Source: an uncultured bacterium (lineage in GTDB: Bacteria > Patescibacteriota > Minisyncoccia > UBA6257 > GWB1-50-10). Taken from it: a DNA stretch of 64,000 bases. Every line of letters starts with the position of its first letter. Position 1 is the stretch's first letter. The notes under the pieces are model-generated. The model did no database searches, had not been told where the DNA came from, and saw only the letters and a list, made by a program, of their open reading frames with translations. Made by a program: the position numbers and the translations under genes. The stretch is from NCBI GenBank assembly GCA_963713955.1, contig OY970216.1, positions 136,075-200,074 on the forward strand, written 5' to 3'. Positions 19,822-28,610 of the stretch are shown here, piece after piece.

Positions 19822-20538
19822 TTATTGTGGTTGGCTTGGGTTTTGTGTCGACGTTTGGTTTGGATTGGTGCTTGTACCAGTACTGGTACCGGCCTCCGGC
19901 TGATAAAAGATCTGCTTTGTGACTGAATACTTTCTCCCCAGAACTTTCGTGGCTTCGAAGTTGAACGTGTTGAATCCGGGGTTCAAAACGACAGCTTTCT
20001 TAAATGTGCCGTCTGATTGCGGAACGATCGATTCGTCGTTCACGGTGAGCTCGTCCCCCGAGGTCAGCGTCCCCATGATGGTGAAGTTCTGGCTTTTGGA
20101 TATGGTTATGGCATCTGGCAGGTTTTTCAGTACGAGCTCGGGCGTTCCCAAGATGCTGGGGAGTCGGATCGTGAGGTACGCAACGATGAGGACAGCCACT
20201 ATTATACCACCGATCGCAGCCTTGTTCATTTTCGGAGCCCGGAATCTGTTGGAAGGCGGGGTATCCTTTTCTCCCGATCGCTTGATACCTTCCCTATTCT
20301 CGCTGAATTCGTTCCAAGCGGCGTCTCCATCGAGACCCAAAACGTCGCTTATTTTCATGATGTAGCCGTGGAGGTAGGGAGCGGCCGGAAGCTTGTTGAA
20401 TTTCTCCTCTATGATGAGGGATATGACGTTTTCGGGTATGCCGGTGAGCTCGGAGAGTTTCTGGACCGATATTCCTTTGATCTTCAGTACCTCGACCAGC
20501 GAATCAGCAAAATTTTTACGTTCATTCTCCGGCATCAT
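19822..20538 (-). CDS. RodZ-like HTH membrane protein
   Basis: N-terminal HTH with '[11 protein letters not shown]', one TM, Ig-like C-terminus; lies between ftsK and recA. Confidence 0.75.
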   Translation of the reverse strand: MMPENERKNFADSLVEVLKIKGISVQKLSELTGIPENVISLIIEEKFNKLPAAPYLHGYIMKISDVLGLDGDAAWNEFSENREGIKRSGEKDTPPSNRFRAPKMNKAAIGGIIVAVLIVAYLTIRLPSILGTPELVLKNLPDAITISKSQNFTIMGTLTSGDELTVNDESIVPQSDGTFKKAVVLNPGFNTFNFEATKVLGRKYSVTKQIFYQPEAGTSTGTSTNPNQTSTQNPSQPQ

Positions 20539-22627
20539 CGTTATTATAGAACACCTCCCGGGGTTTGGCTCCTTCTCCCGGCCCGATGATCCCCCGCTCT
20601 TCCATCATGTCGAGGAGCCTCGCGGCTCTTGCGTATCCGACTTTGAGGCGGCGTTGCAGGAGCGAGGCCGAAGCTTTCTTGGCGTTTCGCACGGTTTCTA
20701 TTGCTTCGTCCAAAAGTTCGTCATCGTCGCCACTTTCGGCGAGCGCGTCGAAGTCCAAATTTGACTGTCTGCCCGCTTCCTCGCCTCCGCCGCTCCCGTT
20801 GAAACTCAACTCTTCCGCCGCCGATTCGTTGTTCTTTTTTATGAAATTGGCAACCTTCTTGATTTCTTCTTCGGAGACGAAAGCTCCCTGAACGCGCAAG
20901 GGCTTCGAAAGTTCGGCCGAGATGAAGAGCGCATCGCCGTTCCCCAAGAGTTTTTCGGCGCCGGGCGTGTCGAGGATCGTCCGCGAGTCGATCTGGCTCG
21001 CGACCTGGAGCGCGATTCTCGAAGTTATATTCGCTTTGATGAGGCCGGTGATGACTTCAACCGAAGGCCGCTGCGTCGAGACGATGAGATGAAGACCGGT
21101 TGCCCGCGCCATTTGCGCGAGCCTTATGATGGAGCCCTCGACCTCCCTCCCGTACGAGGTCATGAGGTCGGCGAGTTCGTCGATCACGATCACGATATAG
21201 GGTATCATCTTCCCCGAGTTCGTGTTGTAGCTTTTGATGTCTCTCGCGCCGGCCTCGAGGAGCGTCTGATAGCGACTCTCCATTTCCTGGATCGCCCACC
21301 GAAGGACTCCGATGGATTTCTTGTTCTCGGTGATGACCGGGGCCAAGAGATGCGGGATGCCGTCGTAAACGGAAAGCTCGACTCTTTTCGGATCGATCAT
21401 GATGAGCCGGAGCATCTCCGGCGAGTTTTTGTAAAGCAGGGAGAGAATCAATGAGTGAATCATGATCGATTTTCCGGACCCGGTTGCACCCGCGATCAAG
21501 AGGTGCGGCATTTTGGATACATCCTTGAATATCGGCTCGCCGGAAACGTTTCTCCCGAGCGCGAAAGACAGCACGCCGGCTTTCTGGAAGTCGGGATAGA
21601 GGAGAAGGCTCCCGAGGCGTACCACCGCGGCCGATCTGTTGGGTACCTCGATGCCGACGAGGGATTTCCCCGGTATCGGCGCCTCGATGCGGATGGGGTG
21701 GGCAGCCAAGGCGAGTGCGAGATCTTGGTTCAGCGAAGTTATCCTTGAAAGCTTGATCCCCTCGGCCGGCTTCAGGGTGTAGCGCGTGACTGTCGGCCCC
21801 ACATTGATTTCCCCCATTTCGACCGGAATGCCGAAGCTTTCAAGCGTTCGCTTGATCACGTTTGCGTTCGCGCGGAGATCCCCGATCGTCGGCTTATCGA
21901 CTTGCGATGTAAGGAGGTTCAACGGAGGCGAGACGTAATTTTTTATCGGCTTGAACGCGGTAGTTTTCAACTCAGGGACTTTTCCGTCGGCTGATTTTAT
22001 TTCAGCCTCTTTTTCCTTTTGCTTCTCTTTGGATTTCTTCTCTTCTTTCGTTTCTTCCGGCATTTCCGCCGGGGCCGTGATTCTTATCTCCTCAGGTTCT
22101 CTCTCCGTCTCCCTGTCAGCACTCTCGGAAGATTCCTTCCTCTCGGGGAACCTCAAGGGCTTGTTGATGATCATGACGAAGGAGATGGTCATAAGCGCGA
22201 GTGTAATCACGATCCCGCCCGGCACGCTGAACGGGTTCTTGATGACACCGGCTATTTTCCCGATCACTCCCCCGCTCCCGGCGTTTATGATGTCAATGAG
22301 GCCGAGTGATGAAAAAATGAAAATGAGCGCACCGATAAGCGAAACGCCCAAGAACTCCTTTTTATTTTTTGAGAGCAGAGTGAGGGAAATGAGAAGAGAC
22401 ATTGCGGGAAGGAGATAATAGCCGATGCCGAAAAGCGTCGTGAAGAATTCGAATATGCCGTTCCCCCACGGCCCCGCAAGCTTCAGAGCCGAAAGGAGGA
22501 AAATGACCGTGAGCGCAATAAAAACGATGGACCAGATGCTTTGCTTCGCTTCCGGATGGAGCGGAGAGGGCTTGGGGTAATTCTTTCCCTCCCCCTTCTT
22601 GTTATCTTTCTTATTCTTCTTTGCCAT
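20522..22627 (-). CDS. ftsK: DNA translocase FtsK
   Basis: 4-TM N-terminus, 'PHLLIAGATGSGKS', 'IDELADLM', gamma domain 'LLQRRLKVGYARAAR'. Confidence 0.97.
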   Translation of the reverse strand: MAKKNKKDNKKGEGKNYPKPSPLHPEAKQSIWSIVFIALTVIFLLSALKLAGPWGNGIFEFFTTLFGIGYYLLPAMSLLISLTLLSKNKKEFLGVSLIGALIFIFSSLGLIDIINAGSGGVIGKIAGVIKNPFSVPGGIVITLALMTISFVMIINKPLRFPERKESSESADRETEREPEEIRITAPAEMPEETKEEKKSKEKQKEKEAEIKSADGKVPELKTTAFKPIKNYVSPPLNLLTSQVDKPTIGDLRANANVIKRTLESFGIPVEMGEINVGPTVTRYTLKPAEGIKLSRITSLNQDLALALAAHPIRIEAPIPGKSLVGIEVPNRSAAVVRLGSLLLYPDFQKAGVLSFALGRNVSGEPIFKDVSKMPHLLIAGATGSGKSIMIHSLILSLLYKNSPEMLRLIMIDPKRVELSVYDGIPHLLAPVITENKKSIGVLRWAIQEMESRYQTLLEAGARDIKSYNTNSGKMIPYIVIVIDELADLMTSYGREVEGSIIRLAQMARATGLHLIVSTQRPSVEVITGLIKANITSRIALQVASQIDSRTILDTPGAEKLLGNGDALFISAELSKPLRVQGAFVSEEEIKKVANFIKKNNESAAEELSFNGSGGGEEAGRQSNLDFDALAESGDDDELLDEAIETVRNAKKASASLLQRRLKVGYARAARLLDMMEERGIIGPGEGAKPREVFYNNDDAGE

Positions 22628-22726
22628 ATCAGGAATTTATATATAACTACATTAAAGCCTAAAATTACCTTTTCTTCAATTGGAAAGTTCAAATTTTCCA
22701 CTGTTTCTGTCGCCTCCCGCTCTCAT

Positions 22727-22766
22727 TATGGCTTCCCGCTCTCCATATGGAGAGCGGGAAGCCATA
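22727..22766. repeat. perfect 40-bp palindrome, copy 1
   Basis: TATGGCTTCCCGCTCTCCAT|ATGGAGAGCGGGAAGCCATA; partial copy at 56767. Confidence 0.9.
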
Positions 22767-22956
22767 GATTCTGGGGATAACTTTTCCCCGGACAAAAGAA
22801 AGGTGCTGTACCTTCAGTACAGTTCTGGGAGTTCTCGTATCAAGTTTCCTGGGGCCGGGGATTTAAGGTCTAAGAAAATTTACCAGAAAAACAGGAAAAA
22901 ATCGATAAAATGGGAAAACCTGATAAAACTGAAAAACCCAGTAAATTGAAAAACCC

Positions 22957-23054
22957 GATAATGCGATGAAACCTACACTTTTCAAAAAATAGGTCAAAAG
23001 TGTAAAACATCGATTTTGTTTAACAGGCTGATAATGCGATGAAACCTACACTTT
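22957..23054. repeat. two identical 25-bp direct repeats, 73-bp period
   Basis: GATAATGCGATGAAACCTACACTTT at 22957 and 23030. Confidence 0.9.
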
Positions 23055-23131
23055 CGATTTTTTGATGAAAAAAGTGTTTGAACCTAAACATTTTGTTTGG
23101 CAATGTTTTCAGGGATTGATATAATAATTCT

Positions 23132-23497
23132 ATGACTTTTCGGCAGGAAACTGGTAAAAGGGGAGAAAATTTCGCTGCTAACTACTTGAAAAGGAGAGGA
23201 TATAGGATTATTGAGAGGAATAAGAAGGAAAAATGGGGAGAACTGGACATTATCGCCGTTGCGCCGGACAGAACGCTGGTTTTTGTAGAGGTAAAGACTG
23301 TAGGTGGATGGAACGATATTGAAGCAGAAGAACAAATGACGGGATCGAAGATCAAGAAGTTCACAAGAACAGCTCAGATATACGCAGGAAGCCATAAAAA
23401 GCTGGTGGATGACAAAAAGGGGTTTCGGCTCGATGTCCTGGCGCTTACGGAGAAAGAAGATGGAGGATTCGATGTGAGGCATTATGAGAATATATAA
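23132..23497 (+). CDS. yraN: YraN family (UPF0102) endonuclease-like protein
   Basis: 'G..GE..A..YL...GY.IIERN', 'GELDIIA', 'LVFVEVKT', 'RLDVLA'. Confidence 0.9.
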   Translation: MTFRQETGKRGENFAANYLKRRGYRIIERNKKEKWGELDIIAVAPDRTLVFVEVKTVGGWNDIEAEEQMTGSKIKKFTRTAQIYAGSHKKLVDDKKGFRLDVLALTEKEDGGFDVRHYENI

Positions 23498-23583
23498 AAG
23501 AACACTAACACGCGAACATACACGAACAACACGAATAGTAGTTCGTGTCATTCGGATAAGTTCGTTTTGTTGGTGTTATACCT

Positions 23584-24204
23584 ATGAATGAGATATTCGC
23601 GGTGTGGAAACCGAAGGGGCCGAGCTCGGCTCAGTTTTTGAATTCGTTGAAGAGAAAACTCGGGGTCAGGAAAATGGGCCATGCCGGGACGCTGGATCCG
23701 TTGGCATCAGGAATACTGGTAGTTGGGATAGGTGAGGGGACCAAAAGGTTGAAGGAAGCAGCCGGCGCGGAAAAGGAATATATTGCGAAAATCAAATTGG
23801 GCGAGACGAGTACGACGGACGACGAGGAAGGAGAAAAGACGAAGCAAAAAGTTAATAAAGTTCCAAAGTTGAAAGATATTAAAAAAGCTATCAATAACTT
23901 CATTGGAGACGTTGAGCAAATTCCATCGCGCTACAGTGCAGTGAAAGTGGGTGGCATTCCGGCATACAAGCTCGCGAGGCGGGGGGAAGAAGTAAGTTTG
24001 AGGTTACGAAGAGTGAAAATTTATTCGATCGAGATCTTGGGATATGAATGGCCGTTCCTGGAAATCAAAGTCGTGACAGGCCCGGGAGTTTACGTAAGGG
24101 CGCTGGCACGCGATATCGGTAATGCACTCGGCGTTGGTGGCTATATTGCAGAACTCACGCGAACGCGAGTGGGGGAATACGATGAAGATTCAGTGCGAAA
24201 ATAG
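23584..24204 (+). CDS. truB: tRNA pseudouridine(55) synthase
   Basis: 'KPKGPSS', 'GHAGTLDPLASG', 'GVYVRALARDIG'. Confidence 0.95.
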   Translation: MNEIFAVWKPKGPSSAQFLNSLKRKLGVRKMGHAGTLDPLASGILVVGIGEGTKRLKEAAGAEKEYIAKIKLGETSTTDDEEGEKTKQKVNKVPKLKDIKKAINNFIGDVEQIPSRYSAVKVGGIPAYKLARRGEEVSLRLRRVKIYSIEILGYEWPFLEIKVVTGPGVYVRALARDIGNALGVGGYIAELTRTRVGEYDEDSVRK

Positions 24205-24231
24205 CCCATTTTAGCTGCATTTTACCGCTGT

Positions 24232-24260
24232 TGACGTTTCATGTATAATATAGTATGATA
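24232..24260 (+). promoter_or_regulatory. sigma70-type promoter
   Basis: TTGACG-N17-TATGAT (TATAAT also present in the spacer). Confidence 0.55.
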
Positions 24261-24396
24261 GAACTGTTGATCATTAAGAATTGAAGAAGGGAATCTCCTT
24301 GTTTCTGGTTCGGTTATCTCACTGAGACCATGAACGGATCGTGGTTTGAGTGAGACAATCGAATTCAAAAAAACAAACGACTAAAAGGAGGAAGTC

Positions 24397-24738
24397 ATGC
24401 TTAGGACGTTCATCATTGGATTAACGGGTGCAGTTATCCTATCGGCTGGTATCTTGATGCTTCTGGAAGACACGTTCGAGGGATATTCTTCTATCCCGTG
24501 GATGTATCCAATCGCGATCGTGATAATTGCGATGATATTATTCTTTGTCTCTTGGGGAATGAGAAAGAAGGCTGGTTATCTGGCTGCAGGATCGGTTATT
24601 CTAGTTACAGTTTTTGCAGAGATAATTGCGGAGGTTGTGAAACATGATTTGCATCCCGCTATAGTCCTAGCCGTAATGCTATTCTTCGTCGCAGCTATCC
24701 TATTTGCCCAAGGGGGTACGTCAACCCAGAAGGGGTAA
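24397..24738 (+). CDS. small 4-TM hypothetical protein
   Basis: Strong RBS AAAGGAGG, hydrophobic ORF, own promoter and terminator. Confidence 0.7.
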   Translation: MLRTFIIGLTGAVILSAGILMLLEDTFEGYSSIPWMYPIAIVIIAMILFFVSWGMRKKAGYLAAGSVILVTVFAEIIAEVVKHDLHPAIVLAVMLFFVAAILFAQGGTSTQKG

Positions 24739-24747
24739 TAATTTGAG

Positions 24748-24785
24748 GAGGTCGGAAGAGAAACTTTTCCGACCTTCACACTTTT
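24748..24785 (+). terminator. terminator-like hairpin
   Basis: AGGTCGGAAGA-gaaac-TTTTCCGACCT followed by a T-rich tract. Confidence 0.6.
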
Positions 24786-24908
24786 CGGGGATCAGAGGCG
24801 GGTCTTGACAATCCAGCGATTTATATATCAAATAGTAACTGGGTAGAATTGTTCTTTCAAAAAACTAAAGCCAGCGAGGATTAGCGGAAAAGGAGAAGGG
24901 AGAAAAAA

Positions 24909-25145
24909 ATGGAAACATTGATGTGTTTTTTGATCCTCCTTGTGGCCCCACAGGAAATCATTAGAAGGGTCTTGTCCTCGAGGGGATGGGCCGTCGCGAT
25001 AACATTATATTTTTCGATACTGTCGTACCAGTTCATGTCGATTAGGGTGATGGGAATAGAATTTTTACCCGTCGCGGATCTGATCGTCATGGCTGATGGC
25101 TTCGTGGCTGTTATAGTCATGAAGGCGACGAGGAGGATGATTTAA
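24909..25145 (+). CDS. small hydrophobic hypothetical protein
   Basis: AAGGAG/GGGAG RBS, TTGACA near 24805, hairpin after the stop. Confidence 0.55.
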   Translation: METLMCFLILLVAPQEIIRRVLSSRGWAVAITLYFSILSYQFMSIRVMGIEFLPVADLIVMADGFVAVIVMKATRRMI

Positions 25146-25186
25146 AGCCGGTATTCTTTAAAAAGAATCACCGGCTTGCCTTTTTC
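25145..25186 (+). terminator. terminator-like hairpin
   Basis: AAGCCGGT-ATTCTTT..AAAGAATC-ACCGGCTT then TTTTT. Confidence 0.6.
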
Positions 25187-25249
25187 ATGGTATCGTGGTA
25201 GGCTGTTGATATAAAGGCCGCTCGAGTGAGTGGCTGTAATTTTTGAAAC

Positions 25250-26464
25250 ATGGACTTAAAACAATTAGCGAGCGCGGTTGAGCAGATATCGGCCGAGAAG
25301 GGAATTGCTCCCGAAAAAGTTCTGGGAGCAATCGAGTCGGCGATCGCCGCCGCGTACAAGCGGGAATACCGGAAAAAGTCCGAAATGATTCGGGCCAAGT
25401 TTAACATGAAAACCGGCGATCTCCAGTTTTTTCAGGTAAAAGTGGTTGTCGATCCTTCGGAGGTTTTGATGGGGGAGGAATCGGCCGAGCCGACTGAGAA
25501 ACCGGAGGGCGAGGAATCCCTTCCGCGTTTCAACTCCGACCGGCAGATGCTCCTGGAAGACGCGAAGAAGATGAAATCCGACGCCAAATCGGGCGATGAG
25601 ATGGAATTCCCGTTGGAAGGAAAGAGCGATTTCGGGCGCATCGCCGCGCAGACCGCGAAGCAGGTGGTACTCCAGGCGATACGGGAGGCGGAGCGTTCCT
25701 CGATACAAGAAGAATTTGCGAACAAGGAAGGGGAAATCATGAGCGGGCAAATCCAGCGGTTCGAGCGGGGCAACGTTTACGTCAATCTCGGCCGCGCGAT
25801 GGGGATCATGTATCCAAATGAAAGTATCCCGGGTGAACATTACCGTGTCGGCGACCGGATGCGGTTCTACGTTTTGGCCGTGCAGGAAGACGCCCGACGC
25901 CCCGGCATCGTTCTTTCGCGATCGCACCCTCATTTCGTTTTGAAACTTTTTGAACTGGAGGTGCCGGAAATCGCGGATGGAACGGTCGTCATTAAAAACA
26001 TTGCGCGCGAGCCGGGGTCGCGGACGAAGGTGGCGGTTGCGTCCAACGAGGAAGGCATCGATCCGGTGGGAGCGGCCGTGGGACAGCGGGGCACGCGGGT
26101 CATGGCTGTTACGAACGAGCTCGGCAACGAGAAGGTGGATGTCGTCGAGTGGTCGGACGATCCGGCGAAATTTGTGTCGAACGCTCTGTCTCCGGCAAAG
26201 GTCAAGTCCATTGAAGTGCTCCAGAGGAGAGAGGCGAAGGTTCTCGTGCCGGAAGATCAGCTGAGTCTCGCCATCGGCAAAGGCGGACAAAACGTCCGGC
26301 TCGCGGCGAAATTGACCGGCTGGAAGATAGACGTCCGTTCGCAGTCGAATCCGGAGGAAGTGCAAGAAGGGGGTATTGCCGTTGCGGAAGCGGCGGCGAA
26401 GGAGGAAGCGATCATTGAAGAGAAAGCTTCCGACGATGACGAGGACAATCCGAAGCTTGAATGA
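25250..26464 (+). CDS. nusA: transcription termination factor NusA
   Basis: 'FGRIAAQTAKQV', 'EVPEI', 'AREPGSRTK', 'SLAIGKGGQNVRLA'. Confidence 0.98.
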   Translation: MDLKQLASAVEQISAEKGIAPEKVLGAIESAIAAAYKREYRKKSEMIRAKFNMKTGDLQFFQVKVVVDPSEVLMGEESAEPTEKPEGEESLPRFNSDRQMLLEDAKKMKSDAKSGDEMEFPLEGKSDFGRIAAQTAKQVVLQAIREAERSSIQEEFANKEGEIMSGQIQRFERGNVYVNLGRAMGIMYPNESIPGEHYRVGDRMRFYVLAVQEDARRPGIVLSRSHPHFVLKLFELEVPEIADGTVVIKNIAREPGSRTKVAVASNEEGIDPVGAAVGQRGTRVMAVTNELGNEKVDVVEWSDDPAKFVSNALSPAKVKSIEVLQRREAKVLVPEDQLSLAIGKGGQNVRLAAKLTGWKIDVRSQSNPEEVQEGGIAVAEAAAKEEAIIEEKASDDDEDNPKLE

Positions 26465-26485
26465 AGTCGAAGAGTAAAAAATAGC

Positions 26486-28453
26486 ATGAATTATTTGATT
26501 TTTGGTCCAGTAGTTTTAGCGGTTCTTTATACCGTATATCTGTCGTTCTGGCTCAAAAAGCAGGACAGCGGGAACGACAAAATGAGGGAGATTTCAAAAG
26601 CGATCCAGGAAGGTTCGTCCGCCTACCTTGCGAGGCAATACAAGACGGTCGGGATCGTGGCGCTCGTTCTGTTTTTGATCATATATGTTGCGCTGGGGTG
26701 GCTTACGGCGTTGGGGTTCCTCATCGGAGCGATCGCGTCGGCCTTGGCCGGATTTTTGGGGATGAGCGTTGCGGTCCGATCCAACTCCAAAACGACAAAA
26801 TCGGCGGAAAACGGTTTGAAATCTGCCCTTTCTTTGGCGTTCAAAGCAGGATCGGTCACGGGATTTTTGGTGGTTTCTTTGGGCCTCTTGGCTGTCGCCG
26901 GATTTTACCTCGCATCGCATGATGTGAGGGGACTTATCGGCCTTGGGTTCGGTGCAAGCTTGATTTCGATCTTCGCGCGCCTCGGCGGCGGCATATTCAC
27001 GAAAGCCGCGGATGTCGGGACCGATCTCGTCGGGAAAGTCGAGGCGGGCATTCCCGAAGACGATCCGCGAAATCCCGGCGTCATCGCCGACAACGTGGGC
27101 GATAACGTCGGCGACTGCGCCGGCATGGCGGCTGATCTTTTTGAAACATACGCGGTCACGCTCACGGCGTCGATACTGATCGGAAGCGCGCTCGCGCTCT
27201 CCGGCACCCAGCTCCTCTTTCCTTTGATACTGGGAGGGTTGGCCATCGTCGCCTCGATCATCGGGAGCTTGTTCGTCAAAGTCGGCAAGAGCGAATCGAT
27301 CATGGGAGCTTTGTACAAAGGACTCACCGCGGCTCTCATCGTCGCGGCGGCGCTCTTTTACTTCGCAACGAGATTTTTCATCGTCGAAAATTCGTTCAAT
27401 ATATTTCTCGCGAGCTTGATAGGTCTCGGCGTCACGGCTTTGATGGTCGTCATAACCGATTACTACACGTCCAAAAAGTACCGGCCGGTCAGAAGTATTG
27501 CTGACGCCTCGAAGTCCGGACACGGGACGAACATCATCATGGGCCTTTCCGTGGGGATGGAATCAACCTTCCTGCCAATCCTCGTCATCGTGGGAGGCAT
27601 CATCGGAGCGTACCTTTTGGCGGGGATTTACGGCGTGGCGATCGCCGCCGTTTCGATGCTTTCGGTCGCCGGCATCATCGTTTCCATCGATTCGTTTGGC
27701 CCGATCACCGATAACGCCGGGGGGATCGCCGAGATGAGTAACGCCCCGGAAGACGTGAGAAAGATCACGGATGCGTTGGACGCGGTCGGGAACACCACGA
27801 AAGCCGTTACGAAAGGATATGCGATCGCGTCAGCCGGGCTCGCCGCCCTCGCGCTTTTCAGCGCCTACACCGACGCGGTGGTGAAAACGTCTCAAAACGT
27901 CGCGTTTGACATCCAGAATCCTTACGTCTTGATCGGACTCATCTTGGGCGCCGCAATCCCGAATCTTTTTGGTTCGATGGCTATGAAATCGGTGGGCCAT
28001 GCCGCCGGTTCCATTGTCGAGGAAATAAGAAGGCAATTCAGGGAAATACCGGGACTTCTGGAGGGCTCGGCCAAACCGGATTACAAGAAAGCGGTCGACA
28101 TCGTGACGAAGTCAGCCCTGCGGGAAATGATAGTCCCCGCGCTTCTGCCGATCGTCGCGGTTTTACTCGTCGGATTCGTTTTCGGCAGGGAAGCGCTCGG
28201 GGGATTCTTGATAGGGACGATCGTCTCGGGACTCTTCATCGCGATTTCCATGACTTCCGGCGGCGCCGCCTGGGACAACGCGAAGAAATACATCGAGGCG
28301 GGCAATCACGGCGGCAAGGGGTCGGAAGCTCACAAGGCTGCCGTGACCGGTGATACGGTCGGCGATCCGTATAAGGATACCGCCGGCCCCGCTATCAACC
28401 CGCTCATTAAAGTCATAAACATCGTTGCCTTACTTATAGTTCCGTTTCTTTAA
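26486..28453 (+). CDS. hppA: membrane H+-translocating pyrophosphatase, K+-independent type
   Basis: '[20 protein letters not shown]', 'DNVGDNVGD', determinant 'GNTTKA'. Confidence 0.95.
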   Translation: MNYLIFGPVVLAVLYTVYLSFWLKKQDSGNDKMREISKAIQEGSSAYLARQYKTVGIVALVLFLIIYVALGWLTALGFLIGAIASALAGFLGMSVAVRSNSKTTKSAENGLKSALSLAFKAGSVTGFLVVSLGLLAVAGFYLASHDVRGLIGLGFGASLISIFARLGGGIFTKAADVGTDLVGKVEAGIPEDDPRNPGVIADNVGDNVGDCAGMAADLFETYAVTLTASILIGSALALSGTQLLFPLILGGLAIVASIIGSLFVKVGKSESIMGALYKGLTAALIVAAALFYFATRFFIVENSFNIFLASLIGLGVTALMVVITDYYTSKKYRPVRSIADASKSGHGTNIIMGLSVGMESTFLPILVIVGGIIGAYLLAGIYGVAIAAVSMLSVAGIIVSIDSFGPITDNAGGIAEMSNAPEDVRKITDALDAVGNTTKAVTKGYAIASAGLAALALFSAYTDAVVKTSQNVAFDIQNPYVLIGLILGAAIPNLFGSMAMKSVGHAAGSIVEEIRRQFREIPGLLEGSAKPDYKKAVDIVTKSALREMIVPALLPIVAVLLVGFVFGREALGGFLIGTIVSGLFIAISMTSGGAAWDNAKKYIEAGNHGGKGSEAHKAAVTGDTVGDPYKDTAGPAINPLIKVINIVALLIVPFL

Positions 28454-28460
28454 TTTTAGG

Positions 28461-28543
28461 GCGAGTCTCGGCGAACCAAAAAGGTGTGCGCTAGGGCCGC
28501 GCTTGCCAAGTCTTACCCACCTTTTTGTTTCACCGATCCTCGC
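28461..28543 (-). repeat. CCAAGTCTTA-core hairpin element A
   Basis: Long imperfect stem; 31-nt loop identical to the element at 52721. Confidence 0.85.
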
Positions 28544-28610
28544 TTCCGTACATCTTCAATAGAAACCGCTTGAATAAAGCGGCTTTTGGTTTAGAATTGA
28601 GAGGGAGGCC

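Noticed and set aside
22680-22949. 89-aa ORF in the ftsK-yraN gap
   Set aside because: It runs through the palindrome and A-tracts and has no protein-like features
22990-23050. Hammerhead ribozyme (TAGGTC...CTGATAA...GAAACCTA)
   Set aside because: Core reads CUGAUAA rather than CUGANGA, stem II is absent and stem I does not close
22957-23054. CRISPR array
   Set aside because: Only two repeats, the 48-nt spacer pairs with the repeat, and there are no cas genes in the window
22630-23130. Replication origin oriC
   Set aside because: Only one or two imperfect DnaA boxes, no dnaA/dnaN nearby, and skew cannot be computed here
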